A DNA stretch of 64,000 bases from Felis catus. Its lineage: Eukaryota. Numbering within the stretch: position 1 is the first letter of the stretch; each line of letters starts with the position of its first letter. The translations under genes were made by a program, and so were the position numbers. Below the pieces are notes generated by a model, which saw only the letters and a program-made list of their open reading frames with translations, was not told where the DNA came from and searched no databases. The stretch lies in assembly GCF_018350175.1 (NCBI RefSeq), contig NC_058368.1:177012001-177076000 (forward strand), written 5' to 3'. Positions 51,104-64,000 of this stretch are shown piece after piece.

Positions 51104-52829
51104 AAACCAGTTATTTTTTTCCCAAACATAAGACGCGGTCTAGCAAAGTCCGTCCATTCATTGATTCAGCTGTACTTCCTGTGTCAGCTGTGCCCGCAGT
51201 GCAGCTCTGGATACAGCAGAAATGACCTCTTTCCTTATGGAGATGATAACTTATGAAACAGGCCCCACCTTCCTACCTGCTGCCCTTGCTTCTGATCCTT
51301 GTGAAACGGGAGAAGGACAGAGGAATGTTTGCATTAGAAGAGACTGCATGGGGAAAAGCCCCTTTGAGCTGTCGGAGGCAGCCCCCCACCTGTCAGGGGA
51401 CGCCTCCTGTAAACACCATTCAGGCAGCCTGAAGTCCCAGGGCTGCCGGGAGGGGCCGCCCCACCCTCCTGGGTGGGCCCCGTCTTGGGGGGCAGACGTG
51501 GGGCAGAAGGGGAAGTAGCCGCCATCCAAGAGGCTGGCTGGCTCATGCCTAAGGGAGGGTCTTGGAGACCAGCTGTGTGTCGTTGCAAAACTGTGGTGGT
51601 TTCTGCTTTTCCTCTTTCTTCTCAGGCGGGGAATGGAGACCCTGGTGGGGGAGTGCCTCCTGCCTCCCTCCAGGGAGCCTCACGCTGGGTCTGAGAGGCA
51701 GTCACTGTTGTTCCCAAAAGATTTCCTAGGAAATCTGTGCTGGCCATTGTTGGTGTTTGCAGGGGCCGCGTAGGGAGGAGGTAAGGCAGGCCCCCCCCGT
51801 TCTTACCCAGGAGCCCGGAAACGTGGCAACTTGTCCTGGCCTCCCAGGTAGTCCTCAGCAGAGCCAGGTTCTCCTGTGGGTTTCCTGGTTTTGAACTTCA
51901 CTCTGCCACAGCCGTTGGTCCCTCCGGGCCTGTCATCCGCTGACGGAGCACCTACCATCTACTTAGCCTTGACCGGGCTCAGAGACCAGCTTTCCTGACC
52001 ATTCCCAGGACCCTCGGCCAGGCTCCAGTCTAAGATTCTTGAGTCTGCTGGCTCACGTGCCCCATGGACAGGGCATTTACACAGCGCTGGGCTTGGAGCT
52101 GAGTGCCTCGTGTGTGTCATTGAATCCTCGTGGCAACCCTACAGAGTAGTTCTACGGAATCACCACCCCTGTATCACAGGGAGACTGAGGGTCAGAGGTG
52201 TACTAACTGTCCTGACCCCTGCCTGTCTCCTGCCTTATCTGCTGCCACCTCCTCTCCCTCTAGCCACTCTGCCTTGCCCCTTCCAGGCCCTTCAGCCCAT
52301 TTGTCATCCCTGTCTGTAAATCTCTTCCCCCAGATCTTGACCTCCTGTCTAAAAGAACCGCCCGTCCGCCTCTCACCTGCCGTGGGGCTTGTGGAGGGCC
52401 TGTTTTTACTGCTAGAGTAACAAGCCACACTAGGGTGAAGATTTTGGTTCACTCCTGCACCTAGAACATAATAGATGTTCAATTAATATGTGTTGAATGA
52501 ATGGATGCCTGGCACATAATAGATGTTCAGTTAATATTCACTCCTTCCTTCCCTGTTTGTGCTCTCTCCTGCTCACTGTCTCTCTCTCTCCCTCCCTCTC
52601 TCTCTCTCTCTCTCACACATACTTCTCTGACCGTAGACTGCCTATCCCATCTTTCCACCCTTTACACAGTTAGGAATATGTACTTACTGGCGTTTGTCCG
52701 GTTGTCCTCTCCTTCCACCACTGAACTTTGAGCTGCTGAGGGCAAGGACTTAATTTGCTCCTGGCTGATGTCTGCCTCCAGATGGCACCCTGATGAATAG
52801 GTGAATGAACCAGTGAAAAAGAAGAGCCC

Positions 52830-53049
52830 GGGGGCACCTGGGTGGCTCAGTCGGTTAAGCATCTGACTTCAGCTTAGGTCATGATCTCGCAGTTGGTGAG
52901 TTCGAGCCCTGCGTTGGGCTCTGTGCTGACAGCCCAGAGCCTGGAACTTGCTTCAGATTCTGTGTCTGCCTCTCTCTCTGCCCCTCCCCTGCTCATGCTC
53001 TGTCTCTCTCTCTCTCAACAATAAATAAATGTTTAAAAAAAAAAAAAAA
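52830..53049 (+). mobile_element. Can-SINE
   Basis: Full-length with A tail. Confidence 0.93.
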
Positions 53050-53389
53050 GAGCTGAGACTGGAACCAGCTCTCTGGTATTCAGGCCTATGCTCTTAGCAT
53101 TATGCTCCTTCCTGGTTTGAAATTGTGGGTCTGATTCAAGCTCTCCAGGACAGCAGTTGTTATGTGACTGTGGTTCGGGCCAGCTCATTTCAAGACCTAG
53201 ACAGGCTTCTGGGGCGGCTGGCAGTTGTAACAGCTTTGCAACTTGTCTTGCTTTGAATTAAGCAGCAGCAGTCTGCTCAAGGTGTTGCTTCCTTTTGAAT
53301 TTATTTTTTAATCAAGATGAAACTTACCTGTTTTTTCTGTCATACAAAAGTTTATGTTAACTTACTAGTTGGAATGCTTTAAAAAAAGT

Positions 53390-53735
53390 TTTTTTTTTTA
53401 AGATTTTATTTTATTAAAAAATTTTGTTTAATTTTTATTTTTGAGAGAGAGGGAGAGAGCGTGCACACGTGCAGAGTGCAAGCGGGGAGGGGCAGAGAGA
53501 GAGAGAGAGACATAGAATCCGAAGCAGGCTCCAGGTTCTGAACTGTCAGCACAGAGCCTGACGTGGGGCTCCAACCCACCAACCGTGAGATCATGACCTG
53601 TGCCGAAGTTGGACGTTTAAACCGACTGAGCCACCCAGGCGCCCCCAAAAAGATTTTATTTTGATGTAGTCCCTATGCCCAACATGGGGCTTGAACTCCC
53701 AACCCCGAGATCAAGAGTCACGTGCTCCAACTGAG
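53390..53735 (-). mobile_element. Can-SINE (53414-53646) nested in the tail of a short old Can-SINE
   Basis: TSD aagattttatttt; outer body ggggcttgaactcccaaccccgagatcaagagtc. Confidence 0.88.
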
Positions 53736-54074
53736 CATGTGGCATTGGACTCTTCTCTTAGTATTGGGCTTGTGAAGGAAGACTGGCTGGTGCTGTTGGA
53801 TGGCTTAAAGATACATTTAATTTTTGTTAGTCTTGAAAGTCTTGTATGTTCATCATGGGAAACCTGAAGAATTCAGAAAAGTAGAAGAAACCTAGCCTGG
53901 TCTCATGATCCACACACAACCGTTTTAGCCAGTTGGTGTATTTCCTCCAAGTCAGTTCATGTATATTTTGCCCTTTTTTGTGGGGGAAGGGAGCATTGAG
54001 CCGACCACACACTGTTCAACTGTGTGTCCTCCCCTTTCCTGCTGCACCTTCTAAGTCTATAAATACAATATCTT

Positions 54075-54297
54075 TAAAAAAAAATTTTTTTTTTCAACGT
54101 TTATTTATTTTTGGGACAGAGAGAGACAGAGCATGAACGGGGGAAGGGCAGAGAGAGAGGGAGACACAGAATCGGAAACAGGCTCCAGGCTCCGAGCCAT
54201 CAGCCCAGAGCCTGACGCAGGGCTCGAACTCACGGACCGCGAGATCGTGACCTGGCTGAAGTTGGACGCTTAACCGACTGCGCCACCCAGGCGCCCC
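54075..54297 (-). mobile_element. Young Can-SINE
   Basis: Perfect 17-bp TSD tataaatacaatatctt. Confidence 0.96.
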
Positions 54298-54504
54298 TAT
54301 AAATACAATATCTTAATATGGTGTTAAATATTGACATATTTAAATACATGTTAAATAATATCAAATGTTAAATACATACTAAACATTTAATATTGATATG
54401 TATTCGTACGTGTAATTCAGTGTTAAAATATTGAATAAAAATACTTCAAAACTAATTTTAATACCTATAAGATACTCCGTCATATGCCAGTACATCACAC
54501 TTTA

Positions 54505-54713
54505 CTTTTTGTTTTTTCTTTTTTTCTTTTTTGAGAGAGAGAGAGCGAGCGAGCAGAGGAGGGACAGAGGCAGAGGGAGAGAGAGTCTTAAGCAGGGTCC
54601 GCAGTGCTGTCGGCACAGAGCCTGATGCGGGGCTCCGTTTCATGAACGTGAAATCATGACCTGAGCTGAAATCAAGAGTCGATGCTTAACTGACTGAGCC
54701 ACCCAGATGCCCC
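54505..54713 (-). mobile_element. Can-SINE
   Basis: TSD catcacacttt. Confidence 0.92.
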
Positions 54714-54774
54714 ATCACACTTTCCTTAATCTGCTCAGTTGTTTACCCTTTACCTTATCTTTCTTACCTCTCTC

Positions 54775-54778
<4 letters not shown>

Positions 54779-54835
<57 letters not shown>
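54779..54835. repeat. (TG)n(AG)n compound microsatellite
   Basis: Read directly. Confidence 0.95.
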
Positions 54836-55346
54836 TATGCCATCATAAGCCCTTTTTGGAGAAGACAATATAGTATATGAGAAGTTTTATTTTCTTTATT
54901 TCTTACATAAGAAGTTTTAAAGTCACTCCTTCAGCTTTGTGCAGAGACAGTATCATAGCCAGTGAGCTTTAACCAAGGCACAATTATTTCTGGCTAAAAT
55001 CACTCTCTGAAAGCTAAATAATTATGGTTCTTTTTAATTTGTCACTATTACAATAGCACTTGGATGAACATCGTTCTGCATAATTTTTTTTTATTTGAGA
55101 TTTCATTAGGGTAAATATCTAGGTTTGGGATTACTGCGTCGGAAGAGTGTATAGATATTTTAAAGGTTCTTGCAATTTATTGCCCCACTACTTTTCCGAA
55201 AGGCTCTTCAATTTATACCGTTATTAGCAAGAAGGAAATTGCATGTCTCAATATATCCTTCCAGCAGTAGATATATTTTTAATGATCAAAAATTTGCTAG
55301 ATAGGAAATGGCATCTGTTAATTGACTTGGAACGTCTGTCTCTTGA

Positions 55347-55487
<141 letters not shown>

Positions 55488-55798
55488 TGAGTTGTGCAGT
55501 TTCTGGAAAGGGAATGGTGGACTGAAGGCTCAACCTCAGACTCCCCAAGGTGACCTCTGGCCGCGTCAAGGGCTCCTGAGTCAGCCTGCTGGGTCTGAGC
55601 CTGGTCTCCACCACTCACGAGTGCTGTGACCTTGGCCAAGTTGCTTAGCTTCCTTGTCCCTCCGTTTCCTCCCCTACGAAATCAGGGATAGAACAGCACC
55701 TACTGCACAGGTTGTTGAGAGGATGAAATGCGATGATGTGTATAGAAAATACTCCATTAGGGACACCTCAACGGGAACCCCTCGAAAATGGTTTAATT

Positions 55799-56015
55799 CT
55801 TTTTTTTTTTAAAGTTTATTTATTTTGAGAGAGAGAGAAAGTGCATGTGCGAGTGGGGGAGTGGCAGAGAAAGAGGAGAGAGAGAGAATTCAAGCAGGCT
55901 CTGCGTGCTGTCAGCACAAAGCTCGATGTGGGGCTCGAACCCATGAACTGTGAGATCATGACCTGAGTTGAAATCAAGAGTGGGGTGCTTAACTGACTGA
56001 GCCACCCAGATGCCC
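55799..56015 (-). mobile_element. Can-SINE in STK10 intron 5
   Basis: TSD gaaaatggtttaattctt. Confidence 0.94.
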
Positions 56016-56627
56016 TGAAAATGGTTTAATTCTTAATTAATTCAACAAGTACAGATTGAATGTGAGGCCCTGGGCTGGGACTGTGAGGATGAACAAGTTC
56101 AATTCCTACCCTCCCGTGAAGTTTCTCTGGGCTTCTCTAGGCCATTGTGTTTCCTTCTTTCCCCAAACTATTACTTAAACAAACAAACAAAAAAGGCAAC
56201 AAAATAAAAAAAACCAAACCAAACAAAAAACCTCTCTCAGTTTCACACCTAACTGCTTTCTGTTTTTCATGTGCATTACTTCTCAATGTGGAGTTAGGCT
56301 CCTTTCTTGCTTGCTTATTACTCACCCTTTCTTTCTCTCTCTCTGCCCTTTCATTCCTCTTTCTCCTGTTCTCTCCCATCCGTTCTGTCTGTGCTGGTGT
56401 ATTCTCTCCACACCCTCCACCTTGTGCCCCCAGTTTTTTCTGGGCACCTTCCCCTCTGCCTCTACCCACCCCTTCCCCAGGACTCTGTGTTCTGGATTGT
56501 TGCTGCCATCTTGTGGTAGGCTTCGGGAACTGCAGCGGGACATGGCATTGGAGCTCCTTGAAGGCATCTTACTGAGTGAAGACCATCGTAAGGAAGACAG
56601 TGGGATGGACAGCAATGCAAATCGTGA

Positions 56628-56939
<312 letters not shown>

Positions 56940-57519
56940 TAAGGAGCAAGGCCTGTCTGCCTGAGGGTGTTTGTTGCATGGCCAACAGGCCTGGGTCACA
57001 GGGCAGGTGGGATTGGGTGGGTGGAGTGCCCAGAGTGGGGGAGCAGTTGGGGCCTGGAGGTCTCTGGGCCTTTCTGAGCTACCCAGGCCCTCCATGTGCT
57101 CTGGACATGGGTTGTCCATCAAAGCAGACTGGGTGATCCCATAAGCCGGATCCCGCTGTGGGAGTAAGTGCCTAAATGAGCCCCAGCAGCCACATGGCAC
57201 GACCCTGGGCTGGGAACCGAGGCTCGGGCATAAGTCCCTGCACTTCTGTGTATTACCGTGTGGCCTTGGGCAAGTCCCTGCTCTCTGATTTCCACATCCC
57301 GTCTGTACGGTGATGTTCACAATGAAAAGGTCATCGTGAAAACCCCGTAGCCTTCACCGCTTTAGCTCATAAAGGCGCCTTTGTCTTTGAGGGCTGTGTT
57401 TGGGAAGCACACAACTCCCAGGAGAGTAGAGTGTGCGACGGGGAGAATTTTCTCAGTTTCTGCCCTACTTGGAGCTGACTGCTGCCACCGGTGGGCGCCC
57501 CCCACCCCCACCCCCCCAG

Positions 57520-57601
57520 GTCTGTGGAGTTCCGAGACTTCCTGAAGGTGGCCCTAGATAAGAACCCAGAGACCCGGCCCAATGCTGCGCAGCTTCTGGA
57601 G
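57520..57601 (+). CDS. STK10: STK10 exon 7 (82 nt, phase 2-0): (W)[27 protein letters not shown]
   Basis: Acceptor cccccccag|G; donor GAG|gtaagc. Contains the subdomain XI Arg (ETRP). Confidence 0.96.
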
Positions 57602-60519
57602 GTAAGCGGTGCCCCTCTCCCGGGGGTGGCGGCCTGCCCCCTCTGCCCTGCCCTTGCTTTGGAGGCAGGAGATGGCCTGGAAGCTGGGTGTGTTTCTCCT
57701 CAGCTCGGGTGACCACAGGAGCAACCATTTATTCATCAGCTGATTCTCGCTGGGCGCCTCCTGAGTGCCTGCTCTTGTCCTGGGAGGGCTGTCTTGTGGA
57801 GGCTCCCCCAGAGCCTGTCCTCAAACAGCTTATGTTCTACTGGGGGAGACAGGCCGCAGACAGCGGGTAGGTGCACATGAAGAGGGGGAGAAAAATAAAA
57901 CAGCTCAGGAAGAGGGGGGCCTGGGAGGGTTTGCTCCCCGATAAAAGGAGGGCATGGAGGGGCTCTGTGTGAACAGACACCCAGAGTCGGGGAGGGGACT
58001 AGGTAAGTGGTCCTGGGGAGTGGAGGCAAAGGCCTGGCCTGTGAGCATGGCTGGGAAGGGCTAGGAGGCCAAGGCACCGAGCCAGGGGTGAGGGCAGAGA
58101 TCAGAGAGGCGTGTGGTCTGTCCACCTGAAGTTTGGATGGTTTGCCGGGAGGGTACCCGTACCGCCACGGCGCGCTCACTACTCTGATGCTTTGCAGCAG
58201 GACACAGACCCCAGAAGGAAGGCAGGTGCTCAGCGTGAACCATACCGTCTGTGCAAACAGTTTAGGCAGAGCGAGCCACTCCTGTCCCTTCACGGTGGAC
58301 CCCTCCCCAAACCCAAGTTTCCAGCGGCTTGCTAAGGGCCGGTGGCGGAAGCAGGCCCTTCAAAGGGGGGCAGGCAGGCTGCCGCGCTCGCTCTTTTCTG
58401 CACGAAGGGCCATGTCGCACAGGGTCACGCGGGGTCCAGGACTTGAGCTTTACCCTGTGTGCAGTGGGGCGCCCCTGAGGATTTGGACTGGGGAGATGGC
58501 GTCTGACTTATACTTACAAGGGCCCCTCTGGCTGCCATGTGAGGAACCTCCGGCCTTAGCATGGGGAAGGTGACGGTGGTTTCCTAGAAGCTTTTCGAAA
58601 TATTGGGGGCAGCTGGGAGCTGCTCTTTGCCTGGGCTAGTGCCTTGTGTTTTGACAGTGGCACATATCACCTGCCCAGCCATCCTCAGGTGGGCCAGTTG
58701 CTGTCCCCATGCCATCAACGCTGATGGGAGATGGAGAGACAGTGGCCTGGGTGCTGGGGAGGGGCCGCTCCTCCACACCCTGCCCCCTCTGGTTCTTCCG
58801 CGTGTGTGACCCAGCCTCTGATGTGTGCTGGGGGGGAGGGACCAAGAGGCCACACCAAGCACTGAGGCTTTGTTCACGATCGGCCACTCCCCCTGCGTGC
58901 CTGCCGTGTGACAGACACTGGGCCCCCGGTCGACATGCTGGGCTACAGCGCATCCCTCTGGGGTGTGCAGCACAGCGATTAAGTGTGTGGACTGTGGTTG
59001 TAAGGTCCTGGGTTCAAATCCCAGCTCTGCCACTTACTGGCGGTAAGACCCTAGGAAATTGGCTTCACTTATCTGTGACCCTGTTCTTGCTCTGAAATGG
59101 GATAATAGCAGTGTCCCCCTTAACCAGGTAGCTGTGAGGGTTAAGTATGAAGATACGGTCAAGTGCTTAGCTAAGGGCCAGCTCGCTGAGTGATGCATTG
59201 AATTCCAATGTCTGGAGTATCCCGAGGCCTCATTTTCTGGGTATTGTGTGCTGGTTGGTGGGGAAGCCAGAGGTGGGGGGAGGGGGGCGGGGGCGTCACC
59301 GTTGGGGCCGATTGTTTCCTGTAAGCAGAGCCTCCTGGCCTGATAACATCCGGCCTCTAGGACAGTCAGGACATTCCACGGAGAAGAGACCAGCTGTCCT
59401 CCGTTCCCACATGGCAGCCCTAAAGCCTCAGCCTGAGCCAGGAATTTTTACTCCGTAGTTGGAAAAAATGTCCTGCCAGGGGATCTTCAGCATGAGACAG
59501 AAAGGGTTGCAGAAGAAAGGAGAGATCCCTTGAGCTCAATAAAACCTGGCTTAGGCCGCCGTCAGCCTTTTCCGCGTGCCGCTTTATCTCTGGGTGTGGG
59601 AGGGTAGACCGTGACTTGCTGAGGTCACCCGGCTTTGAGTGACAGGTAGACCTCAGGTCTCGGCTTCCCAGTGCCCCCCCTGCAGAGCCGCTCATGCCCC
59701 TTGTATCTGCCTGCTTCTGGGAGGTTCCTCCCGGCCCCTCAGCCTCCCCACCCGACCCCCTGTTCTGCCTTGAGCTCACGTTGGTTTCCGATTCACTTGC
59801 TCGCTTGCACAGAGATTCTTGGGGACCGTGTCCCGTGGTGATTAGTAACCCAGGCTCTGACCACCCGGCACGTGAGTGGTGCTCGCTCTGTGCCTCAGTT
59901 TCCTCGTCTGTGAGATGTGGATAGCGCTCACTTAACGGAATCGTGTGAGTGAATGAGATTCTTTACGTACTGTTTTTAGCATCGTGGCCGGCACGTCAGG
60001 TGCTCAGTGTATACTCGTTGAGTTTGTTGTCGCTCTCGTCAGCAGCATCAGTGACGTTTACGTTGTCGGATGCAGTGGTGGACTCCGGCCTCAGTGCTCG
60101 CCCCTGGGGACCCGGCCACCATGGCCACAGCCGATGCTCGTCCTCACCCCTGCTAGCGCTTGGCTTCCGGGTCCCCACACCTTCTCGCCCGTCACTCCTC
60201 CTCCATGCCCTTCACCGGCTCCTCTTCCCTGTGACTGCTCACCGTGGAAGCGCATCAGGGCCTCGTCCCCCGCCTCCACTCACCTCGAGGGTCCCACCCC
60301 AGTTACAGCGACGGCCATGTTTTCCCCTGTAGCCCACGCAGCCCCACCTGCCCCACGTCTGCGCCCAGCCGTTTACGCTCCACCGCCACGCAGACGTCCA
60401 CACCCGCGTGCCCTCCGCTTCTACCAGTGGCCGTCCTGTCTCAGTCCGTGGCAACCCGTCCCCTCAGCCGTCGGGCCCCAGACTGTACCTTTCTTTCTTG
60501 CATGCTCCATGTCCGTTCG

Positions 60520-61250
60520 GTCAGGGAGTCCTGTGGTCCCTGCCTTCAAAACATGTCCAGAATCTGATCACTTCTCACGTCTTCCATTGCAGCCACGGGT
60601 CTGAGCTGCCATCAGTGTCTCTTGCTTGGATGATTGCTTCCTCACCGGTCTCTCTGCCCTCCTTCAGTCTGTTCTCAGCGCAGCAGCCAGAGGGAAACCT
60701 CCCGTCCCTCCCTCGTTGGCTCCCCTCTTGCTCAGGCTATCACCCAGAGTCTCGGTGTCCTGCAGGGACCTGCATGATCTACCCGCCCCATCCTGACCCC
60801 CTAGACCTTCTGCCTTCTTCTGGCCCCCTCACTCACTGCCAGCCTCTCTGGCCTTCTTGCTGTATTTCAGACACTCCAGGCATACAACTACCTCAGGGCC
60901 TTTGCACAGCTCTTCACACTGCCTGTGATGTGTTTTCCTGACACTTCCAGGGATGACTCTCCTTTTTAAGGTATTGTCTCAGATGTTAGCTTCTCAGTGA
61001 GGCTTCCACCAACTATCCTATTTTAGACTACAAACCTGCCACCCCACCCCCTACATATTCCTAATTCTCCTTTCCCTGCCCTACTTTTGATTTTTTTCCA
61101 TGGCTTACTTGTTATTAAGTGTATTGTTAATCTCCCTGACCAGCATGTCAGCTCTCGGAGGACAGCAGTCTGTTTTGTTCACTGGTCTGTCCCAAGCATC
61201 CAGGACGGTGTCTGATATATGGAGGGCCCTCAGCAAGTATTCATTAAGTA
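60520..61250 (+). mobile_element. L2 LINE 3' remnant
   Basis: ccttcaaaacatgtccagaatctgatcacttctc, cctcagggcctttgcacagct, gttttgttcactgg...ctcagcaagtatt. A MIR follows (~61270-61520); further L2 pieces at ~38180-38930 and ~63140-63560. Confidence 0.72.
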
Positions 61251-64000
61251 CAGTTACTTATTTTTACTTAACAAACTGTTGTGTAACCCTTTGTCCATGC
61301 CAGGTACTATTCTAAATGTTTAGCAAATGTTAACCAATTTAATCCTTGTGACAACCCTATGAAGTAGGAACTGTTCCGATTTCCATCAAACAGATGATAA
61401 AACTGAAGCACAGAGAGGTTAGGTTAGCCGGCACAAAGTCACACAGCTTATAAAAGACAGAGCTGGGATATCGATCCTGGTTGTCTCCTTCCAAAGCCTG
61501 TTCTCTTGACCACTCTGGTAAGCCGCCTCTCCGAATGAACAAAGGAGAGAAAGAAGGAACAAAGAGAACAAGAACGAGAGAAAAGGTTAGCCGGGGTGAG
61601 TTGAACAGATGCTGACAACTGAAACCTGGAGAGGGGTATCTGGTGTTGTCTAAAGCCAGCCTCAGCGTGTAGGACCCCTGGTAGGTGGTTTCTCAGTACA
61701 CAGAGGAAAGCTAGGCTCCTGCTCTTGGAAAGAATGTCTGTGTAGGTGGCGGGAGGGCTCCTGGCCAGGGGGGGGAAGGTGCCGGTTGGCCAGCTGTGTG
61801 GCATCGTGGGGCACCCTGCAGAAATGGCACTGAACAGCTGTGCCTCTTCCCCAAGGAGCAGACGGCCGAGCTCCCCTCCGACGTGGGCCTCCTGCAGGGG
61901 TGCCTGAGCACCTTTCCGGTGACCCGTGTACCCGGACTGGCCTGTCCCCATGCTGGCACACACCGTGCTTCCCGCCTGGGAAGGCCCCAGCCCTCCTTGC
62001 AGGGCTTCTGTCTCTCTGCTGGGCCTCGACAGTTTGGGTTTGGGTGTTGTCCTTTTTAGACACATCCCTGGAGGTAGCCGAGCTGAGGCAGTGCGGGAGG
62101 TTGTCTCTGCTTTTTCTCTGCCGGGGCTGTTTACACAGCAGTGTTCTGGGCCTAATCAGCCACGGGAGGGTCTGCCCTGTCAGCCCCACTTGCCTGGGGA
62201 TTCCGGGGTTGGCATCCAGGGCAACTGCCCAGCTCACCCGCACCTCTGTCAGAGGGCTTTCTTCCCCATGGCTTCCGCCTCTGCTTCCTAAGGACCCTGG
62301 GGTGCTCGTGGGAGGCAGTGGGGCAGATTGTCCTGCCTCAAGAAAGACTCCTGGCCATGCTGAAAAGCCACTGATTTGGTCAGTATGTAGTGTGCCCTGA
62401 TGAAAACCTGGTATTCCCAGAAGCCTGTGCCTGCATTCTTTGCCTCTGCCACATCTGCTTCAGCAACTGCAGGGAAGTGTCCTGTGGCTTCCTGCTCAAA
62501 TTCATGCGTGAAGTTGTGCAGTGTGAGGCTCGGGAACCTTTGGGAACTGATTCTCACCCTCCGTCCCAAAAGCTGTGCCCTGTGGGGATGCAGGAGGGAA
62601 TAGGGTTGGCGGGGGGTGCAAAGTGAGCCATGAAGGCCTCTCCAGCTATGCTGCTGCTGGTGGTGACGGTGGTCGTGGTGGTGACAGTGGCAGCGATGGT
62701 GGCGGCAAATGGTGTTGGAGGCGATAACAACGATGTGGATGATAGCTGCCATACTTGGAGCACTTCTTGTAATGCTTCTCACAACCATACTGTTATTCCC
62801 AGTATACAGATGAGCACGCTGAGGCTTAGAGAGGTTAAGCGACTTGCCCAAGGTGGTGGTGGAGGCAGGATTTCATCCCAGGCACCCTGGCTGCAGAATG
62901 TAAAGCCAGTACTCTAACCACTACACTCTCCTGCCTCGCATGATTAGTAAGCCCTTTTGGAACCACACTCAAGACCTTTTGGAACCACACAGCAGCCAGA
63001 CTGCTCCCTTTAAGGGGTGAGGGGTGAGTGTTAATGCCACTGCTCTGCTGCGCCCTCCAGCAGCTTCCGAGAAGAAAGTCTCAGTTTCTCACTACAGGCT
63101 GGGGGGACCCTGCATGCACCACCCTGCCCTTCCTCCTCTGGCCCCTCCTCTCTCCTCTCCCCAAAGCCCTGCCTCCTCGGACTTCCAGCCGTGCCTCCAG
63201 CACACAAGCTCAGTCCTGCCCCAGGGCCCTCGCGCTCTGCTGCTCCCCCTGCCTGGAATTCTCCGTGCCCAGATCTTTCCTTGGCCAGCCCCTTCACCTC
63301 CCTCAGGTCTCAGCTCAAATATCACCTCCTCTTGGAGGCCCCGCTGACCGCAGACTAAGTAGCCTCCACCGCCCAGCCCAGGCCCACGCGGTTCCAGCCT
63401 CTTGCTGTCCCATTACCTGATCTGACTTGATCTGTTTGTGGGTTGGCCACGCGTCTGTTGTCTCTCCCCCTCAGCTGCAAGCCCGTAGGGGCAAGGACCT
63501 TGCCTATCCTGTTGTTGAGCCTTATCTCAGATCTCAGCACGTGGCACAGCATGTGGCTGTGGCAGGAATCAGATAGTCAATGGGAGCATGGGAGAGAAAG
63601 GAAAGAGATGAAATACTTAAAATCTTTACTACTTTGGACTAGAGAAAGCCCGGCTGGTGTAGGGCTCTTTAAAAGGAGTGAGGTTTGGTGCTTTTCACAT
63701 GTGCAGAGTTAGGTGACCAAGTGGAATGGGGTGGTGCCTCGTGAGCCTCCACAAATGAACTGTTGTAAACGAACAAGCAGATAAAAATGATTTGTAATGG
63801 ACCTATCAGTTGTGAATGTGTTTACAGGGTGCTAGAAAATTTATTCTTCGTCATTTACATACTTCCTGCAATCTCGTTGACACTGTTCCTCCGCTGATAA
63901 ATTTTCTGACCGTAAAGGTGGCAGATGTCATCAGAGCCTTCCTCTACATTTCAAATGAACAAACTCCAATTTAATGACTGCCCCCCCCCCCCCCGCCCCG

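Noticed and set aside
62630..62917. 95-aa ORF with a hydrophobic signal or transmembrane-like N-terminus
   Set aside because: It arises from a degenerate (GGT/GCT)n tract running into a MIR.
57602..64000. STK10 exon 8 (HPFV...NKALRELVAEAKAEV) or another gene among the 180-206 aa ORFs
   Set aside because: No such peptide was found. The long ORFs are GC-rich or L2-derived with no domain or splice support, so exon 8 lies beyond the window.

Overview
Felid (cat-like) genomic DNA, identified by about 50 feline Can-SINE (SINEC_Fc-type) copies. The window covers the middle of the STK10 (LOK, STE20-family Ser/Thr kinase) gene on the + strand. Six coding exons (2-7; 165+49+150+73+195+82 = 714 nt, residues ~53-290) are present. 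All have canonical AG/GT borders and compatible phases, and they splice into an intact kinase domain (K65, E81, HRD157, DFG, APE). Exon 1 lies upstream and exon 8 downstream of the window. The rest is intron: tRNA-derived Can-SINEs (many with clear target-site duplications (TSDs), several nested), old L1, L2, MIR, MLT1 and hAT (MER) fossils, and microsatellites. Nearly all ORFs in the supplied track are spurious. I found no convincing novel multi-gene system. The most unexplained element is a TSD-flanked, A-tailed 50-nt hairpin at 3751-3825 that looks like a 5'-truncated retrocopy of an H/ACA sno/scaRNA. Repeat family names and human STK10 numbering are from recall, not database searches, and repeat boundaries are approximate.
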